Shown: in pieces, positions 1 through 11,700 of the stretch
How positions within the stretch are numbered: position 1 is the stretch's first letter
Layout of the letters: each line of letters begins with the position of its first letter
Virus record (IMG/VR): IMGVR_UViG_3300022890_000014
Location: 32,001-96,000 of that record
Reading direction: 5' to 3' (one strand)
Source: a virus
DNA length: 64,000 nucleotides
The notes under the pieces: generated by a model
Database searches by the model: none
The model's input: the letters and a program-made list of their open reading frames with translations, nothing else
What the model was told of the DNA's origin: nothing
Made by a program: the position numbers and the translations under genes

Positions 1-2000
1 ACTATCAACTCTTGTTCGTCGTATGCTTCTGACTTTATAAACGCAACACCAAAGTTTGGGTCTATAGCAAGAGAAGGTGATTTAAGTATAGTTCCAACAA
101 TAGTTTCTTCATCTGGATCTCCATATGCTGTCACATGAGATATGTTACTATAAACAGGATCTCTTAATTGCCCTATTCCTCTAGCAATACACATTACCCA
201 TAGAATATCAGGCCAACCTGAGCTGTCTACATCATTTAACGGATCTAACTTTGCGCATACTCCAGAACCATTAATTGCTGTTGTTCCATCACTTCCAGAT
301 ATAAACCTTCCATCCAAGCCAGAATACCACCTACTATTGGTGTGATCCCACACGTATAAATCTAGACCTCTTGCAAGCGACACATCTCCAAACTCCAAAT
401 CAGAAGATCCAAGCCCTAATGCATATGCCTTCCTGAATGCTGATAGATACGAAGAACCAACCTTCCAGTCCATAAGCAATCCAGCTTTACCAGACATTGC
501 AAGATATGCATCTACACTAGCACCAATAAGCATACCACCAACACATAGATTTGATTCGTTTGCTATCCATGCAGGTATATAGTTTTGACTATTAGGAATT
601 GCATTCACTGGTTGTCTAGCATAAATTGCTGTGTATGGAGTTGCGTTCATATACATTCCATCAGCATGTATATATATAGCATTGTCAGCAGGATATCCAG
701 TTCCAAACAAGAATGTGGCGTCTGAACAGGATTCTAGCGTTCCATTTATATTGCCACCATTTGTGTTTGCTATTGCAAGAGCTAAGACATCACCTCCTCC
801 AGTACCATTCATAAGTCCAACTTTTAGTCTTAGTTGGATTTGTGCCCCTGCAGATACAACTGCCATGTACAAGCATGATGTAAACGCTAAGGATGCATCA
901 GTGATCATAGAATATGGTGTTGGCCCAGAGATTGCAGCAGCACCCTGATTTACAAACACCACCTCTGAAGTTCCAGGGTATGCTTTTGTAATAGTCTTGA
1001 TGTCAGATGTTACTCCTCCATTGAGAAATTCTGACCATGATACAGATATTGCCCCGCCCATGTTGTGGATTTGAGGGATACCAATAATATCCCCCGCAGC
1101 AGAAGTCTTTACAACTCCTGTGACTATAGTAAGGGGGAATGCCACAACAAAATCCATTCCAAATATTTCCCAATTACCAGCAGCAGTATCGTATCTAGTA
1201 GCGCATATATGAACTTTACCAGCAGAACCTAGAACACACCATGTTTCGCCAAGAAGGTACGCTGTTGATGGAACCCACATCTCAAGTGAAGGAACTGTGC
1301 CGTCAGGAAGTAGGTCACTTTTATTGTGACGTGCAGTAATTATTCCCTGATCAAAATTAGCACCACCAGTGAATGCCGGTGAATACGCTGCGTCAACTTG
1401 TTGGACAAAGGATACATACAGGAATCCAGCATCACCAGCATCACTACATATCTTTGCTGTCTTTTTTCTATAAGTATCGTATGAAGCACCAGTTCCAGAC
1501 GATGCCTGAAAGTTCCATGTTGCATTGTATGCTACTACACCAGTATTAAATAATGCTCCAAACTGATCGAACTGAGCAATCTTCAAATAGTGCCATCCGG
1601 AACCTGAGTCTGTATATGCATACAAGACATACACGTATGAGCCAACTGCATGTACATCTAAAACTTCCTGGAGTGTCTCTGGTCCACCAGAAGAAGTAAT
1701 GAATGATTGCATGACTCCGCTAGCTGTAGCAGATACTCCATTTGGTGCTCCTAGAACACTGTAATCTAAGAGGGAGATTTCATCTTCTCCAATTGTATTT
1801 GTCGGTCTTGTTCCAAATAAATCTTTTACTTCAGCAGGAGTAGTTATTCTTCCTCTGAGGGATGTATATGACAAAGGGTCAATTGTTGGAGCTATTCTTT
1901 TTATTACTGACTCTGATGATGGAAATGACAGTGTTGATGCATCTAGAGCCTTAAACCTCTCTACTTTTAGAGCAGATCCATCATGTTGATAAGTAGGCAT
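1..2000 (-). CDS. Large virion structural (tail fibre/baseplate-associated) protein, 3' end beyond window
   Basis: Not in the ORF track. ATG at 2000 (MPTYQHDGSALKVERF...) follows ACGGAG SD; frame read as open to the window edge; beta-rich G/S/T/A composition; last gene of the tail operon. Confidence 0.7.
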   Translation of the reverse strand, partial: MPTYQHDGSALKVERFKALDASTLSFPSSESVIKRIAPTIDPLSYTSLRGRITTPAEVKDLFGTRPTNTIGEDEISLLDYSVLGAPNGVSATASGVMQSFITSSGGPETLQEVLDVHAVGSYVYVLYAYTDSGSGWHYLKIAQFDQFGALFNTGVVAYNATWNFQASSGTGASYDTYRKKTAKICSDAGDAGFLYVSFVQQVDAAYSPAFTGGANFDQGIITARHNKSDLLPDGTVPSLEMWVPSTAYLLGETWCVLGSAGKVHICATRYDTAAGNWEIFGMDFVVAFPLTIVTGVVKTSAAGDIIGIPQIHNMGGAISVSWSEFLNGGVTSDIKTITKAYPGTSEVVFVNQGAAAISGPTPYSMITDASLAFTSCLYMAVVSAGAQIQLRLKVGLMNGTGGGDVLALAIANTNGGNINGTLESCSDATFLFGTGYPADNAIYIHADGMYMNATPYTAIYARQPVNAIPNSQNYIPAWIANESNLCVGGMLIGASVDAYLAMSGKAGLLMDWKVGSSYLSAFRKAYALGLGSSDLEFGDVSLARGLDLYVWDHTNSRWYSGLDGRFISGSDGTTAINGSGVCAKLDPLNDVDSSGWPDILWVMCIARGIGQLRDPVYSNISHVTAYGDPDEETIVGTILKSPSLAIDPNFGVAFIKSEAYDEQELI

Positions 2001-2018
2001 TTATTGTCTCCGTATTAT

Positions 2019-2035
2019 TGCGTAAGCCTTACGCG
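2019..2035. repeat. 17-bp palindrome copy
   Basis: TGCGTAAGCCTTACGCG, intergenic. Confidence 0.95.
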
Positions 2036-2046
2036 AAAGTTCCATG

Positions 2047-2063
2047 TGCGTAAGGCTTACGCA
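2047..2063. repeat. 17-bp palindrome copy
   Basis: TGCGTAAGGCTTACGCA, intergenic, paired with 2019. Confidence 0.95.
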
Positions 2064-2069
2064 ATAGAT

Positions 2070-5000
2070 TTAGTGAGATTCCAAGGCATCTATGATAGAA
2101 CTATTGACGAAACCATCAACCCATCCACTAGGTAGGTTAATAAGTGGAGAAGAGTTTATAGCTTGAACTTCTGATGTCACCATAGCAAGTAGTTGTTCAT
2201 ATATACCATTGTTTAGCAGACTTATCAAGCCCTCTCTGTGAACATCCATATTTATAAACTCATCGAATCCTACAGAAACGCCAGATAGTAAAAGTCCCGC
2301 TCTTGTGCTGCTTGGATTTATTGAGAATCTACCAAATGGGTTATCCCCAGTTACAGATGATATAGTCATGTCTCCACCTGGAACAGAGGGATTACCTCTT
2401 GATACAAGAGAAGAGAACCCTCTAAAGTCTGAGACATCGTTCATTTTGAATCCAGTATTCAGACATGAACATCTTACAGATCCACCAGACACAGATTCGC
2501 ATATATTGATATGAATAGCAGCGTCAGCACCAATAGAGCCAATATCAATGTCATCAAGCCTAACCTTCTTACACATGTATGCCTCAAGGACTGTATATGT
2601 ATTCACAGAGATAGGAGTGCGATCAGTTACCTCAACATTGTTAAGTACTAATTCAGACAATTGATTAAAGCTCATAAGAGATATAGCTGCAACATTAATA
2701 TGGTTCTTTAGAACTCTAGCCTTCATCCCATCAATTCTTACACCAGCATTGTATACTGTTATGTCTGTTGCTGCTGAAGATTCAGGAATGATGTCTGCAA
2801 GATGAAGTATTCTTCCACCTTTACTTATGCGAGAAACGAATGTTTCGGTTCTAGTTGTTGGTCCAACTACCCTCACTGAACTACCGACCTTAATGCCCTT
2901 CATTTGACAATTTTCGCTTAGATAAACTTGCCTTGTTTTCTCATAGACATTGAATGTTCCATACACGCCAGTAGAGTAGCAAAGGTAGGATAATCCAGAA
3001 TCACTAGTCCTTTCGTCTACAAGTATAGCTCCAGGCATAAACTCTATGTTGGTTCCACCAGGAAAATTAAGTGATGAAGATACTATGTATAATCCAGGTC
3101 CAACAACAACTTTTCTATTGCTCTCTGGGAATACATTCTTGTCATACGAATTAAGAGACATAGACAGAGATCTACTTACTGCCTTCTGTATTCCTTCAAA
3201 CCCAGAGTATTCCCCAAAAGACTGATAACCATCACCAACATATATATCTTTAGAATCTGGTAGATTCTTCTGAGAAATCTCTACTAAGCCTGGAACTGAT
3301 ACTGAGTTTTCACTGGTTGCACTAGACGTATCACCTGGAGATGTCTCAAATAAGCGCACTTCACCGATACTCATAGCAAATGAATCGCTACCATCAGATG
3401 CTTCGTAAGGAATCAATAACTGTGCAGAGAAGTATACTTTTATGTATTCATCAGTTGTTGACGATACCATCTTAATGATAGTGTTTCCATTAACTCTGTA
3501 AACATCCCTAACTGCTCTTAGTATCCAGTTGGAATTATCTAAACTACTATATACTGTCATAACGGATAGTGGATCAATAGTGTCATCGAATCCATCAGAT
3601 TCAACATCATCTAGCAGCATTATGGCTGATACGTTTGGCTTAGTTGACATCATGCCAACAGACATGCCAGCAGCAGTGGCTACTGTTGTTGCTATTCTAG
3701 ATCCATCTCTCATTCCTATCGCGCTAGCAGAAACAGAAGATAGCACAGATGGTCCGGCAGGTGTTGCATCTGTCGCTATGTGAAGTCCTAATCCTGGGTA
3801 GTCTGGTATAGCTCCAGAAAGAACCTTTATCTCTGCTAAAAGAAACTCTTTGGATCCACTAAACACATCTGGACTAATACCATTCGGTGTTTCAGGCATG
3901 TTGCCTTCGAGTGATATTTCAAGATTAGAGAATACAGTGTCGTAAGCTCCACCATTGAATGCTGTAGCCTGAATAATAACTTCACCAGATGGATACACAT
4001 GTGTTCCAGATATTGCAGTGTATGAATCAGCCACACCAAGAGCAAATCTTGAGTTTGACATAGATTGTAATGACTTAGATAGCATGTTTGCGAACACGCT
4101 GGTTCCATTTGTTCCTAAGACAATTACTCTACCGTCCTGAAGAGCTATAACATCTGTCAAGTCTAGTACGTCTGTGACCTTGCCCTCTGTTGCTGCGATC
4201 CATCCTTCATTTATTGCAGCAATATCTGATACTTTGACTCCAAACACAGAGTACCAGTTATCATCTGCTGTATACACCTTGGCTGCTGTAAAAGCAAGTA
4301 TTTCATCATCCTCTGTTCTTACGCTAACTATCTTAGATGTCATAGAAACATTAGATAGAACACCTATGTTAGACTCTCCATACACAGTAGGATTTACTAG
4401 AGTAGTTGAATCGGACGCCTTACATGTAACATCCATCGCTCCACCACCCAGTGGTGTTCTGAAATAGAAATATCTTTCTGTCTCATACGTGCATTGAATG
4501 GAGCATCTTTGAGATGGAGTTGCATCTAAATTTGCTTCAGCTATGATAGATGAAACACCACCTGCTGCATGTCCGACAAATCGTACTGTTCTAACCAAGT
4601 CGGTAGCTATGTCGATAAACACTAGACTTACTTGCTGCGTAAGGCTTACGCAGATAGATAAGTCTCTGGAATTAGTATCTGAGATTCTTACAGGAGCGGT
4701 TATCTGCGTGTTTCCGAAAGCATCTAGCCTGCAATACCAAACTTTATTAACTCCAGATTCAGTCTCAATCCATGCAAAGTGGAATGTTCCATGTATATCT
4801 GTGGCTGAAACTAGCTCTTTGACTCCAGTATTTTGTGGAGCTATAGAAGAAGTATAGTCACCATGCTGTCCGTACTGAGAAGAGTTTGCGTAGAATCTTA
4901 TTCCTGCATTTGAAAATGGCGCTATGACATTTAGGTCTGCGAAAGCCTTCACAGTAACACCTAGATTATTAGAAACAGTACTGTTTATATCAATACCTGA

Positions 5001-6392
5001 ATTAACTGCAAGTGACAGTACTGGCGACGCCTCTGGTATTGTTCTCCCAGAGCTAGGATCAGTTGTCCTGTATCCCAGTGCGCTAGATACACCTAGTCTA
5101 TATTTCAGTGCAACTTCGCCTATTGGCTTGTTTGGAGAAACAACTCCTTCTAAGCCGTCGAGAACTTCTTCCTTAGTAGTCCTTGAGGTGATGAATAACT
5201 TGTCTATTCTTTCACCAAGAACAGGATTATTCAGAGGAACTCTAAGTAACTCGAATGATGGAACTGTGTCAACTATTGTTGTTGAATTAGCACTAACGAG
5301 CAGTGGTTTTCTTTCTTCTCCACCATCAATTCTTTTTGGAGATTTAACTACTAGTTCTGGTGGATACTTAGCCATGTCTACAAAGTAGTCTAGGCCATTT
5401 GAATAACACCCACCTTTACCTATTGCAGAAGAAACATCGTCAACACTACCCCTGATAGACTCTGCCGTGAAAGATGATGCGCTCATCCATCCAGTGAGAT
5501 GCCTTCCGTAGCTCATATATTTTACTGCTAGCACTACAGCATTTCTTGCTGATACTTGACCAACAGATATTTTGATGTTTGTTGGGCTGTCTTCTCTGTC
5601 ATCTTGCGTTTCTGCATAAAGATACAGAGGAGGAGGGTTTGCGTATAAAACATCAACTGGGTAATCAATAGTCTGAGTTGTATTAACTGAAACCTTTATA
5701 CCGTTACAGCTAAAGTTTCCTGGTGATACCTCAACATTAGGAGGAGAATACTCTGCGTATTCAAGTTCTTCTTGACCAGCGGCTAATGTAACAAACTTTT
5801 TAGTGCTGTATATCTCAAGAACTGTTGCGCTTATTCCAGCATTAACTCTGTAGATTCCCCAGTTATCTCTTGCCTCTGGTATGCTATACAGAATGCTTGA
5901 TTGATTAACAAATGTGGCCGCAGCTATTGTAACAGACGATATATTTATATATGCCGTTATCTTGAAGGCGTTAGCATTAGCTCCTTTATATACAGTGATC
6001 CATTTACCTACATCTGTAGCCGCAAACGGACTATTTACTGTATCGGTGAATGTAGTAGGAGCAACAGCAAGAACGGAACCACCAAGAAAGTTTCTTCTTT
6101 TCTCTTGATCTATCCCGCTAAATATCAGTTGATTTCCACCAACAACAAACCAGTTATTTTTTATAGAGCTAGCTAGAAATCCAGGAGAAGATAAATCTTC
6201 AAACCTTATTGCTTCTCCGGCAGACAGTATTGGCTTTCCTCTTCCAGTTAAATTTACTACTGGTCCATTCTCAGTGATCTCAAGACCGTTAAGTATTCTT
6301 CCGGTGCTTACACCGAATACCTTCTTGAATGCAGTATTTATCTCAGACGAGATATACGGTGAATTCATTTTCAAGTGTTTTGTGATACCCAT
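2070..6392 (-). CDS. Tail fibre/tailspike-like virion protein with C-terminal beta-helix-like region
   Basis: 1440 aa, beta-rich; 'VVVGPGLYIVSSSLNFPGGTNIEFMPGAIL' resembles the start of a pectin-lyase-type beta-helix; carries PFxxxDVG module; tail context. Confidence 0.6.
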   Translation of the reverse strand: MGITKHLKMNSPYISSEINTAFKKVFGVSTGRILNGLEITENGPVVNLTGRGKPILSAGEAIRFEDLSSPGFLASSIKNNWFVVGGNQLIFSGIDQEKRRNFLGGSVLAVAPTTFTDTVNSPFAATDVGKWITVYKGANANAFKITAYINISSVTIAAATFVNQSSILYSIPEARDNWGIYRVNAGISATVLEIYSTKKFVTLAAGQEELEYAEYSPPNVEVSPGNFSCNGIKVSVNTTQTIDYPVDVLYANPPPLYLYAETQDDREDSPTNIKISVGQVSARNAVVLAVKYMSYGRHLTGWMSASSFTAESIRGSVDDVSSAIGKGGCYSNGLDYFVDMAKYPPELVVKSPKRIDGGEERKPLLVSANSTTIVDTVPSFELLRVPLNNPVLGERIDKLFITSRTTKEEVLDGLEGVVSPNKPIGEVALKYRLGVSSALGYRTTDPSSGRTIPEASPVLSLAVNSGIDINSTVSNNLGVTVKAFADLNVIAPFSNAGIRFYANSSQYGQHGDYTSSIAPQNTGVKELVSATDIHGTFHFAWIETESGVNKVWYCRLDAFGNTQITAPVRISDTNSRDLSICVSLTQQVSLVFIDIATDLVRTVRFVGHAAGGVSSIIAEANLDATPSQRCSIQCTYETERYFYFRTPLGGGAMDVTCKASDSTTLVNPTVYGESNIGVLSNVSMTSKIVSVRTEDDEILAFTAAKVYTADDNWYSVFGVKVSDIAAINEGWIAATEGKVTDVLDLTDVIALQDGRVIVLGTNGTSVFANMLSKSLQSMSNSRFALGVADSYTAISGTHVYPSGEVIIQATAFNGGAYDTVFSNLEISLEGNMPETPNGISPDVFSGSKEFLLAEIKVLSGAIPDYPGLGLHIATDATPAGPSVLSSVSASAIGMRDGSRIATTVATAAGMSVGMMSTKPNVSAIMLLDDVESDGFDDTIDPLSVMTVYSSLDNSNWILRAVRDVYRVNGNTIIKMVSSTTDEYIKVYFSAQLLIPYEASDGSDSFAMSIGEVRLFETSPGDTSSATSENSVSVPGLVEISQKNLPDSKDIYVGDGYQSFGEYSGFEGIQKAVSRSLSMSLNSYDKNVFPESNRKVVVGPGLYIVSSSLNFPGGTNIEFMPGAILVDERTSDSGLSYLCYSTGVYGTFNVYEKTRQVYLSENCQMKGIKVGSSVRVVGPTTRTETFVSRISKGGRILHLADIIPESSAATDITVYNAGVRIDGMKARVLKNHINVAAISLMSFNQLSELVLNNVEVTDRTPISVNTYTVLEAYMCKKVRLDDIDIGSIGADAAIHINICESVSGGSVRCSCLNTGFKMNDVSDFRGFSSLVSRGNPSVPGGDMTISSVTGDNPFGRFSINPSSTRAGLLLSGVSVGFDEFINMDVHREGLISLLNNGIYEQLLAMVTSEVQAINSSPLINLPSGWVDGFVNSSIIDALESH
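4636..4652. repeat. 17-bp palindrome copy (intragenic)
   Basis: TGCGTAAGGCTTACGCA, encodes CVSLTQ. Confidence 0.95.
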
Positions 6393-6402
6393 CTATTATC
6401 CT

Positions 6403-6419
6403 TGCGTAAGGCTTACGCG
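6403..6419. repeat. 17-bp palindrome copy
   Basis: TGCGTAAGGCTTACGCG, intergenic. Confidence 0.95.
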
Positions 6420-6437
6420 TCCTGGTTAGGATTGTGT

Positions 6438-7955
6438 CTACGCATCTCTTTCGACTACGATTCTATACACGCTATTTGCCTGGACAGCTTCATACGACGC
6501 ATCTATGTTATGATCATTTGGAAATGTGGTTCCCTGAGCTTTTCTTTGGTATGCATAGCCACCAGCAACAGGAAGCTTGGCTCCATATACAATTTCAATA
6601 GACTGTCTGGTCACATAGCCAAACCATCCACTTACTCCTGCTGGCGCAACAGTTGTTCCACCAAGTCTTTGCTCAAAAGGAAGCTCTTGGACATCATAGA
6701 TATGCCCCACTGCATTCTTTCTTGCAGTGAAAACTCTAGTCTTCATAGGTGTGGCAGCTTTATCTCCACCGACATGAGTAGGCATAAAACCAACACCAAC
6801 CATGTGGTTTGTTGCAGCTACCGAAGCAGGATTTGTTCCAGCTATTGCTGGTGCTGCTGTCCACCCGCTGTTATATTCTCCATTAGCTCTGTATGCGAAC
6901 GGAGTTATTACTGTGGCTGCTCCATTCCATTGAACTTCACCAATGTAAGCTCTTCCACTTGATGCTGCTGGATCTGGACATACTTCAAAGTATTCTGTTC
7001 CGACCACTGTAACTGACTGGTGGGACAGTTTTGCGGCGAACGGATTTATAATAGTGAAGTTGAGGCCGACAACGGATGACGCATAGGCTGCGCTAATAGG
7101 AAGCCCACCAATTATTCTTACGTCTGCTGCTCCAACTGCTTCTACTATATAGTCTCCACCAATATCGAATGGAGTATAGGATGTATTCGCAGCTATCCTT
7201 ACTATGTCTCCTACCTTAGCGTCAGTAAACGCACCTACAGTAGCAGAAGTAAGGGTGTTCCATGCGCCAACAGGAGCGCCCGACTTAGCCATAACTCCAT
7301 CAACACCAGTGTATAAATCTGTTTCTGTTGCTCCACCTGGCTCAACATACAGGAAGGCTGTCTGCTTACCAGCCATAGCCCCAGTGCTAGATCCTGTAGC
7401 CTTACGTATGTTATATATTTTTCCGTCAATATTAAATTCTGCTATTGAGGAAGGGCTGAATGTTGGTATTGCGGCCGCAACAGATACAGTATCACCAGTT
7501 GTGATGATAGAGTTTCTTTTTGTGAGACCTCTTCTTGCTAGCTCTTTCTGGAGTCTATCTCTCTGGCTTGTGCCTGTGTCAACTTGTCCTTGTGATGCCC
7601 AGTAGATGTACTGCTCAAGTCGTGTAAACAACTCGAAGACTCCCTGTGATTCACCAGTTAGTCGAGAAAAGTTAGCTAAAGTGATCTCGGGCTGTGGCTT
7701 TAGTGTACCATCAGCATCAGACATCAAATCCATTCTTTTCTGTAGCGCATCAGCCGAACCAATAACTCCTGCTGGTATATCTGTCGCAACAGTATTAGTA
7801 AGGGAACCAGAAGCGTTATTAATAGATCTCATTGCGTATGAGACGGATGTATCAATTACTTCTTTGTTTGCGTTTTCTGGAACATCCCACCCATCAACAA
7901 AATCTCCATTATCTGGCTTTACTAGTTTAAGATCGCCTGGTGTTAGAGTTGACAT
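6438..7955 (-). CDS. Tail fibre/baseplate-associated structural protein
   Basis: 505 aa, G/A/T/V-rich; tail operon; GAGG SD. Confidence 0.55.
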   Translation of the reverse strand: MSTLTPGDLKLVKPDNGDFVDGWDVPENANKEVIDTSVSYAMRSINNASGSLTNTVATDIPAGVIGSADALQKRMDLMSDADGTLKPQPEITLANFSRLTGESQGVFELFTRLEQYIYWASQGQVDTGTSQRDRLQKELARRGLTKRNSIITTGDTVSVAAAIPTFSPSSIAEFNIDGKIYNIRKATGSSTGAMAGKQTAFLYVEPGGATETDLYTGVDGVMAKSGAPVGAWNTLTSATVGAFTDAKVGDIVRIAANTSYTPFDIGGDYIVEAVGAADVRIIGGLPISAAYASSVVGLNFTIINPFAAKLSHQSVTVVGTEYFEVCPDPAASSGRAYIGEVQWNGAATVITPFAYRANGEYNSGWTAAPAIAGTNPASVAATNHMVGVGFMPTHVGGDKAATPMKTRVFTARKNAVGHIYDVQELPFEQRLGGTTVAPAGVSGWFGYVTRQSIEIVYGAKLPVAGGYAYQRKAQGTTFPNDHNIDASYEAVQANSVYRIVVERDA

Positions 7956-7975
7956 ACTTATCCTCTGTATTGTTT

Positions 7976-7992
7976 TGCGTAAGGCTTACGCA
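7976..7992. repeat. 17-bp palindrome copy
   Basis: Perfect, intergenic. Confidence 0.95.
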
Positions 7993-7998
7993 TGAATT

Positions 7999-8628
7999 TT
8001 AAAGAACTATAAACAGGGTCCATTTTATAGTAGCTGTGATAGTCTGCCCTGGTGTAAAGGGGAATGACTTGAACGTCTTGTGTGTTATCTCTACTTCTGA
8101 TGCACTATCAACACCAGGATCTCCTGGTTTGCCAGCTACATATGTTCCTGGGATACTTGAGACAAGAGCGGCTTCATTTAGGTATTCACCAGCATTGGCG
8201 GGGTTGAAGTCTCCTACAATAAGATCATCACTGAGAATATCAACGATTATCTCAAGAGCATCTCCAGTTGGATGAGATGAGGATGTGATGTCCTTGATAT
8301 GCACAGGATAGAACAGGGCAGTTCTTGATTTATCAAGAGTCTTTGGTGTGAACAGATCGCTAGATGGACAGCCACCATCACCAACCACAAGTCTACATAT
8401 AGATCTTGGTGTGCCTAGTATTTCTCTAGCAGCATTGTTTCTGAGCATCTTCATGATTTCGTACTTACCTTGGGTAAGGACTACGTTATCATCTTTCTCC
8501 TCAAAAATAAGCTTGCCGTCTTTGTCACGTACATGTATTTCTACCTTTCCGTGAATCCCGACCTCATCTTCTAATTTTAGTGGTTGTTCTTTTGGTATGC
8601 CTAGTTTCGATTTCAGCCAGTTGAGCAT
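7999..8628 (-). CDS. Baseplate/tail-fibre attachment protein
   Basis: G-x-V-E-I...N-V-V-L...NEAAL...KTF...W pattern typical of myovirus baseplate-fibre proteins; operon context. Confidence 0.55.
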   Translation of the reverse strand: MLNWLKSKLGIPKEQPLKLEDEVGIHGKVEIHVRDKDGKLIFEEKDDNVVLTQGKYEIMKMLRNNAAREILGTPRSICRLVVGDGGCPSSDLFTPKTLDKSRTALFYPVHIKDITSSSHPTGDALEIIVDILSDDLIVGDFNPANAGEYLNEAALVSSIPGTYVAGKPGDPGVDSASEVEITHKTFKSFPFTPGQTITATIKWTLFIVL

Positions 8629-8717
8629 TATTTATATCCTCTTTGTATGTTTGAGGATATTTTATCACACTGTGGAAGATAGGGCAAGTAGCAGTATTAT
8701 TATGTGTAGTGTTGTTA

Positions 8718-8734
8718 TGCGTAAGGCTTACGCA
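8718..8734. repeat. 17-bp palindrome copy
   Basis: Perfect, intergenic. Confidence 0.95.
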
Positions 8735-8736
8735 GT

Positions 8737-11700
8737 CTAGAAAGTTATTGTTTCTAGCAATACCCTAAGCGAATCGTACACTTTTACCTCACCTGATTCA
8801 TATATGCTAATTGCTTCTTCATCTAGACTATACTCTGGTCTGAGCTTTGAGTAAAGAATTCCTTTTCCTGCTGTGATAGTGCTAGAAATTCCAATCGAAC
8901 TTGTAGACACGAAGGATGTGATTTCATACACACCTTGGCTATCTTCGTGGCTTATTTCAAATTCCAATCCAACAGCTAACAATCCTATGGAATCTTCTAC
9001 TTCAACCTCATGAGTGCCTATATATGCTGTTATCTTTGTGTTAATATTCAACTGAGGTATATTTAACTGCTTGCCTACGTCTGTTGCAGAGAATGGACCG
9101 TATGCAGTTGCAGCATAGAACGAGTTAGGGCTGACTGTAGATACCGAACCACCCTTATAAAATCTCCACGCACCGCCAACCCATATGTATGAGCCTACAT
9201 CACCAGCAGTAAATGGTGAGTTCTCTGTGTCATCCAATGTTAATACAGCAGATGTCTCCCCGTCTTTAGATGAGGGATAGGAATGGTTTGATACAACACT
9301 AGTGAAAGGATCGGCTGAAGATGGGAGTAGTGATGCCCACCATGAGATCGTACTAGTCAAATCCATTATAAAACTAGATACATAGCCGCCTTCATCAGTG
9401 ATGCTAAACTCATCTTCTTGGTCAACTATTATCTGCAATATGAAATCAGTATACTCAGGGCTAACATCTCTCAGGAATTGAGATATTTGGTTTATGTCAG
9501 GAAGATTATTAAATGCTTCTGATGATATTTGACACAAAAACAAGTGCCTTCTTAGAAGAGACTTAGCAAGCTCTCTGTTTGTAGCAGTTGTGTTTTCTGT
9601 GTAGTATTTAGCAAGTGCGGTCTCGCTCATGTTGTCTCTGATGAAATCTGGCTGACTTGTCATGTCAAACAATCTGACAGCAGAAACTATAGCTACATAA
9701 CTGATACTCGATTCATCATTCAAGTCTCCATTTAGAACTACATGAAAGTCCTTCTCAAACTGAGTGATGCTATATGTGCCAGCATTTACACCAACGGGTA
9801 TGTGTATTTTTCCACCAACTGCATTCTTGTCGAAAGGAGCACTATCTCTATCGAAGAACGATCTTCCTATTGTCGAACCAGAAGATGTATATTCAGACCT
9901 GAATCCAGATAGTATTCCAAACTTTTCGACTTTCTCACCAATAGATACATATGGATCTAGTCCATTTGGTAGCTGGTACTGCTCTATGTTTCCATCTGCA
10001 TCTGTAACAGCTACTACCCATCTGCTCCCTAGCTCTATTCTTCTTAAAGAAACTGAGGTGACAGTGCCCTCTGTAAAGGCAAACGGAAGACCCATGAGTA
10101 TATTGACGCCTCTTTCGATAAGGCTTGGCTTCGGTCCTGTCCAGTATGTGATCCACAGTGATAGCAGCGATAGGTAATAGACGGATGAATTCTCTTGATA
10201 GAAGTTTATAAGGCTACCAAACTGCTTGTATGGATCTTCTTTATTTATATATACTTCTGGTGCCCATAGATTGACTCTTGGGTTCTCTCTGAAGTATATA
10301 TATCCATCCTCTTCTAAAAAGAAACCTATGCCTTCTTCTAGGTAAGTTGGCTTGTATGTCATCTCTGCAATAAACTTACCACCAGCAGCTATCTTTGCTG
10401 ATGGAGGTATTACCGCAACTCCACTATCCATATCAACCGTATAATCAGTACCTTGCGTAAGGCTTACGCCTGAGTCAGTTACTAGTTCTAAAGTCAGCAA
10501 AGACTTGTGACCCAAGAATAGTTCATCGTAGTTAGTCAGTGATACGTAGTCGTAAGCTTCATCTGTTGCTTGCTCAACTGTCTCTTGTAGTACTGGTAAT
10601 TCTACTGTCTCAACACCGACCTTTACTCTGTATAGAACTTTGACAGCATACGATATTGTCATCTGTGAACAATCAGCTATCATTCCGAATGGAATTCTCT
10701 TACACATACCAGTAGTAAGATCGACAACTAGATCAGATGGCATAAGCCAAGTAAGAGATGTGTTTGATGTCGTAAGAGTTTTATTGAGTCTTACAGAATT
10801 GCTAGATACGAACTCAGTTATTGTGTACTGACCAGAATCAGTACCACTGGATACAAATATCTTTCTTCCAACGTCTTCTGCTACGAACGGAGTCTCAACA
10901 CTAACTTCTTCAAACAGATTGCTTGCAGCTACAGTCTTTCCGTTAAACCAATCACTGTAGTCGCCCTGAACAAATTCATACTCTAGGCCAACTGCATCAG
11001 TGAACGAAGCAGAATATAGATCAAGATAGTCTCCATCTGCGCTAACGCTTCTCACTCTGTATTTTGCTCCACCGACGTCAACATTTGTCCCAAGGTTAGA
11101 CCTAGTGAACTTACGTATCGATGAATACAATCTTGTCGGGAATGCTAACTTTGTTATTCCATCAGCAACACCACTGTTAACTGCTCTTACTCTTCCTCCT
11201 AATGGAAGTGCATCTACCTTCACAGACTCAATGTTTATAGCGCCTAAGTCAACTATCTTTTCACTATCAAGTATCACAGCCTTGGATCTTCTGGCATAAT
11301 CTTTGAATTTATACTTAGAAGATAGGTCGCTGTTAAGTTCTCCACCTATTGAATAAGTGAGACCTTTTGCAGAACCTAGGCTGGCTAAGTCAAGCTCAAC
11401 TGACTTAATACTATTTACCGCTGCTATGTTATAGAATCTTCCATCTATAGTCAGGTTTGAGTCAACATCTGTATTACTAGATCCATACCCATCTGTTACA
11501 GAATCAAGGAAAGGTCTTCTAGTGTTATCAACCATACTAGTAGGATCAGAAGAAGATACTTCACCAGTAGCTATATACTTTCTGTATCCAGATGTGACAG
11601 TAGCCCATGTTTCTTTTCTATATATGAGAGAGTCGAATACGTTCTGGTACGCATCTAGTTCATACAGTCTTTGCATCAGATTGCCTGCTGTATGAACATT

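Noticed and set aside
420-434. RKAYA peptide in the first ORF as a synonymously decayed palindrome
   Set aside because: The DNA (AGG AAG GCA TAT GCA) differs at four positions and is not palindromic; chance cannot be excluded
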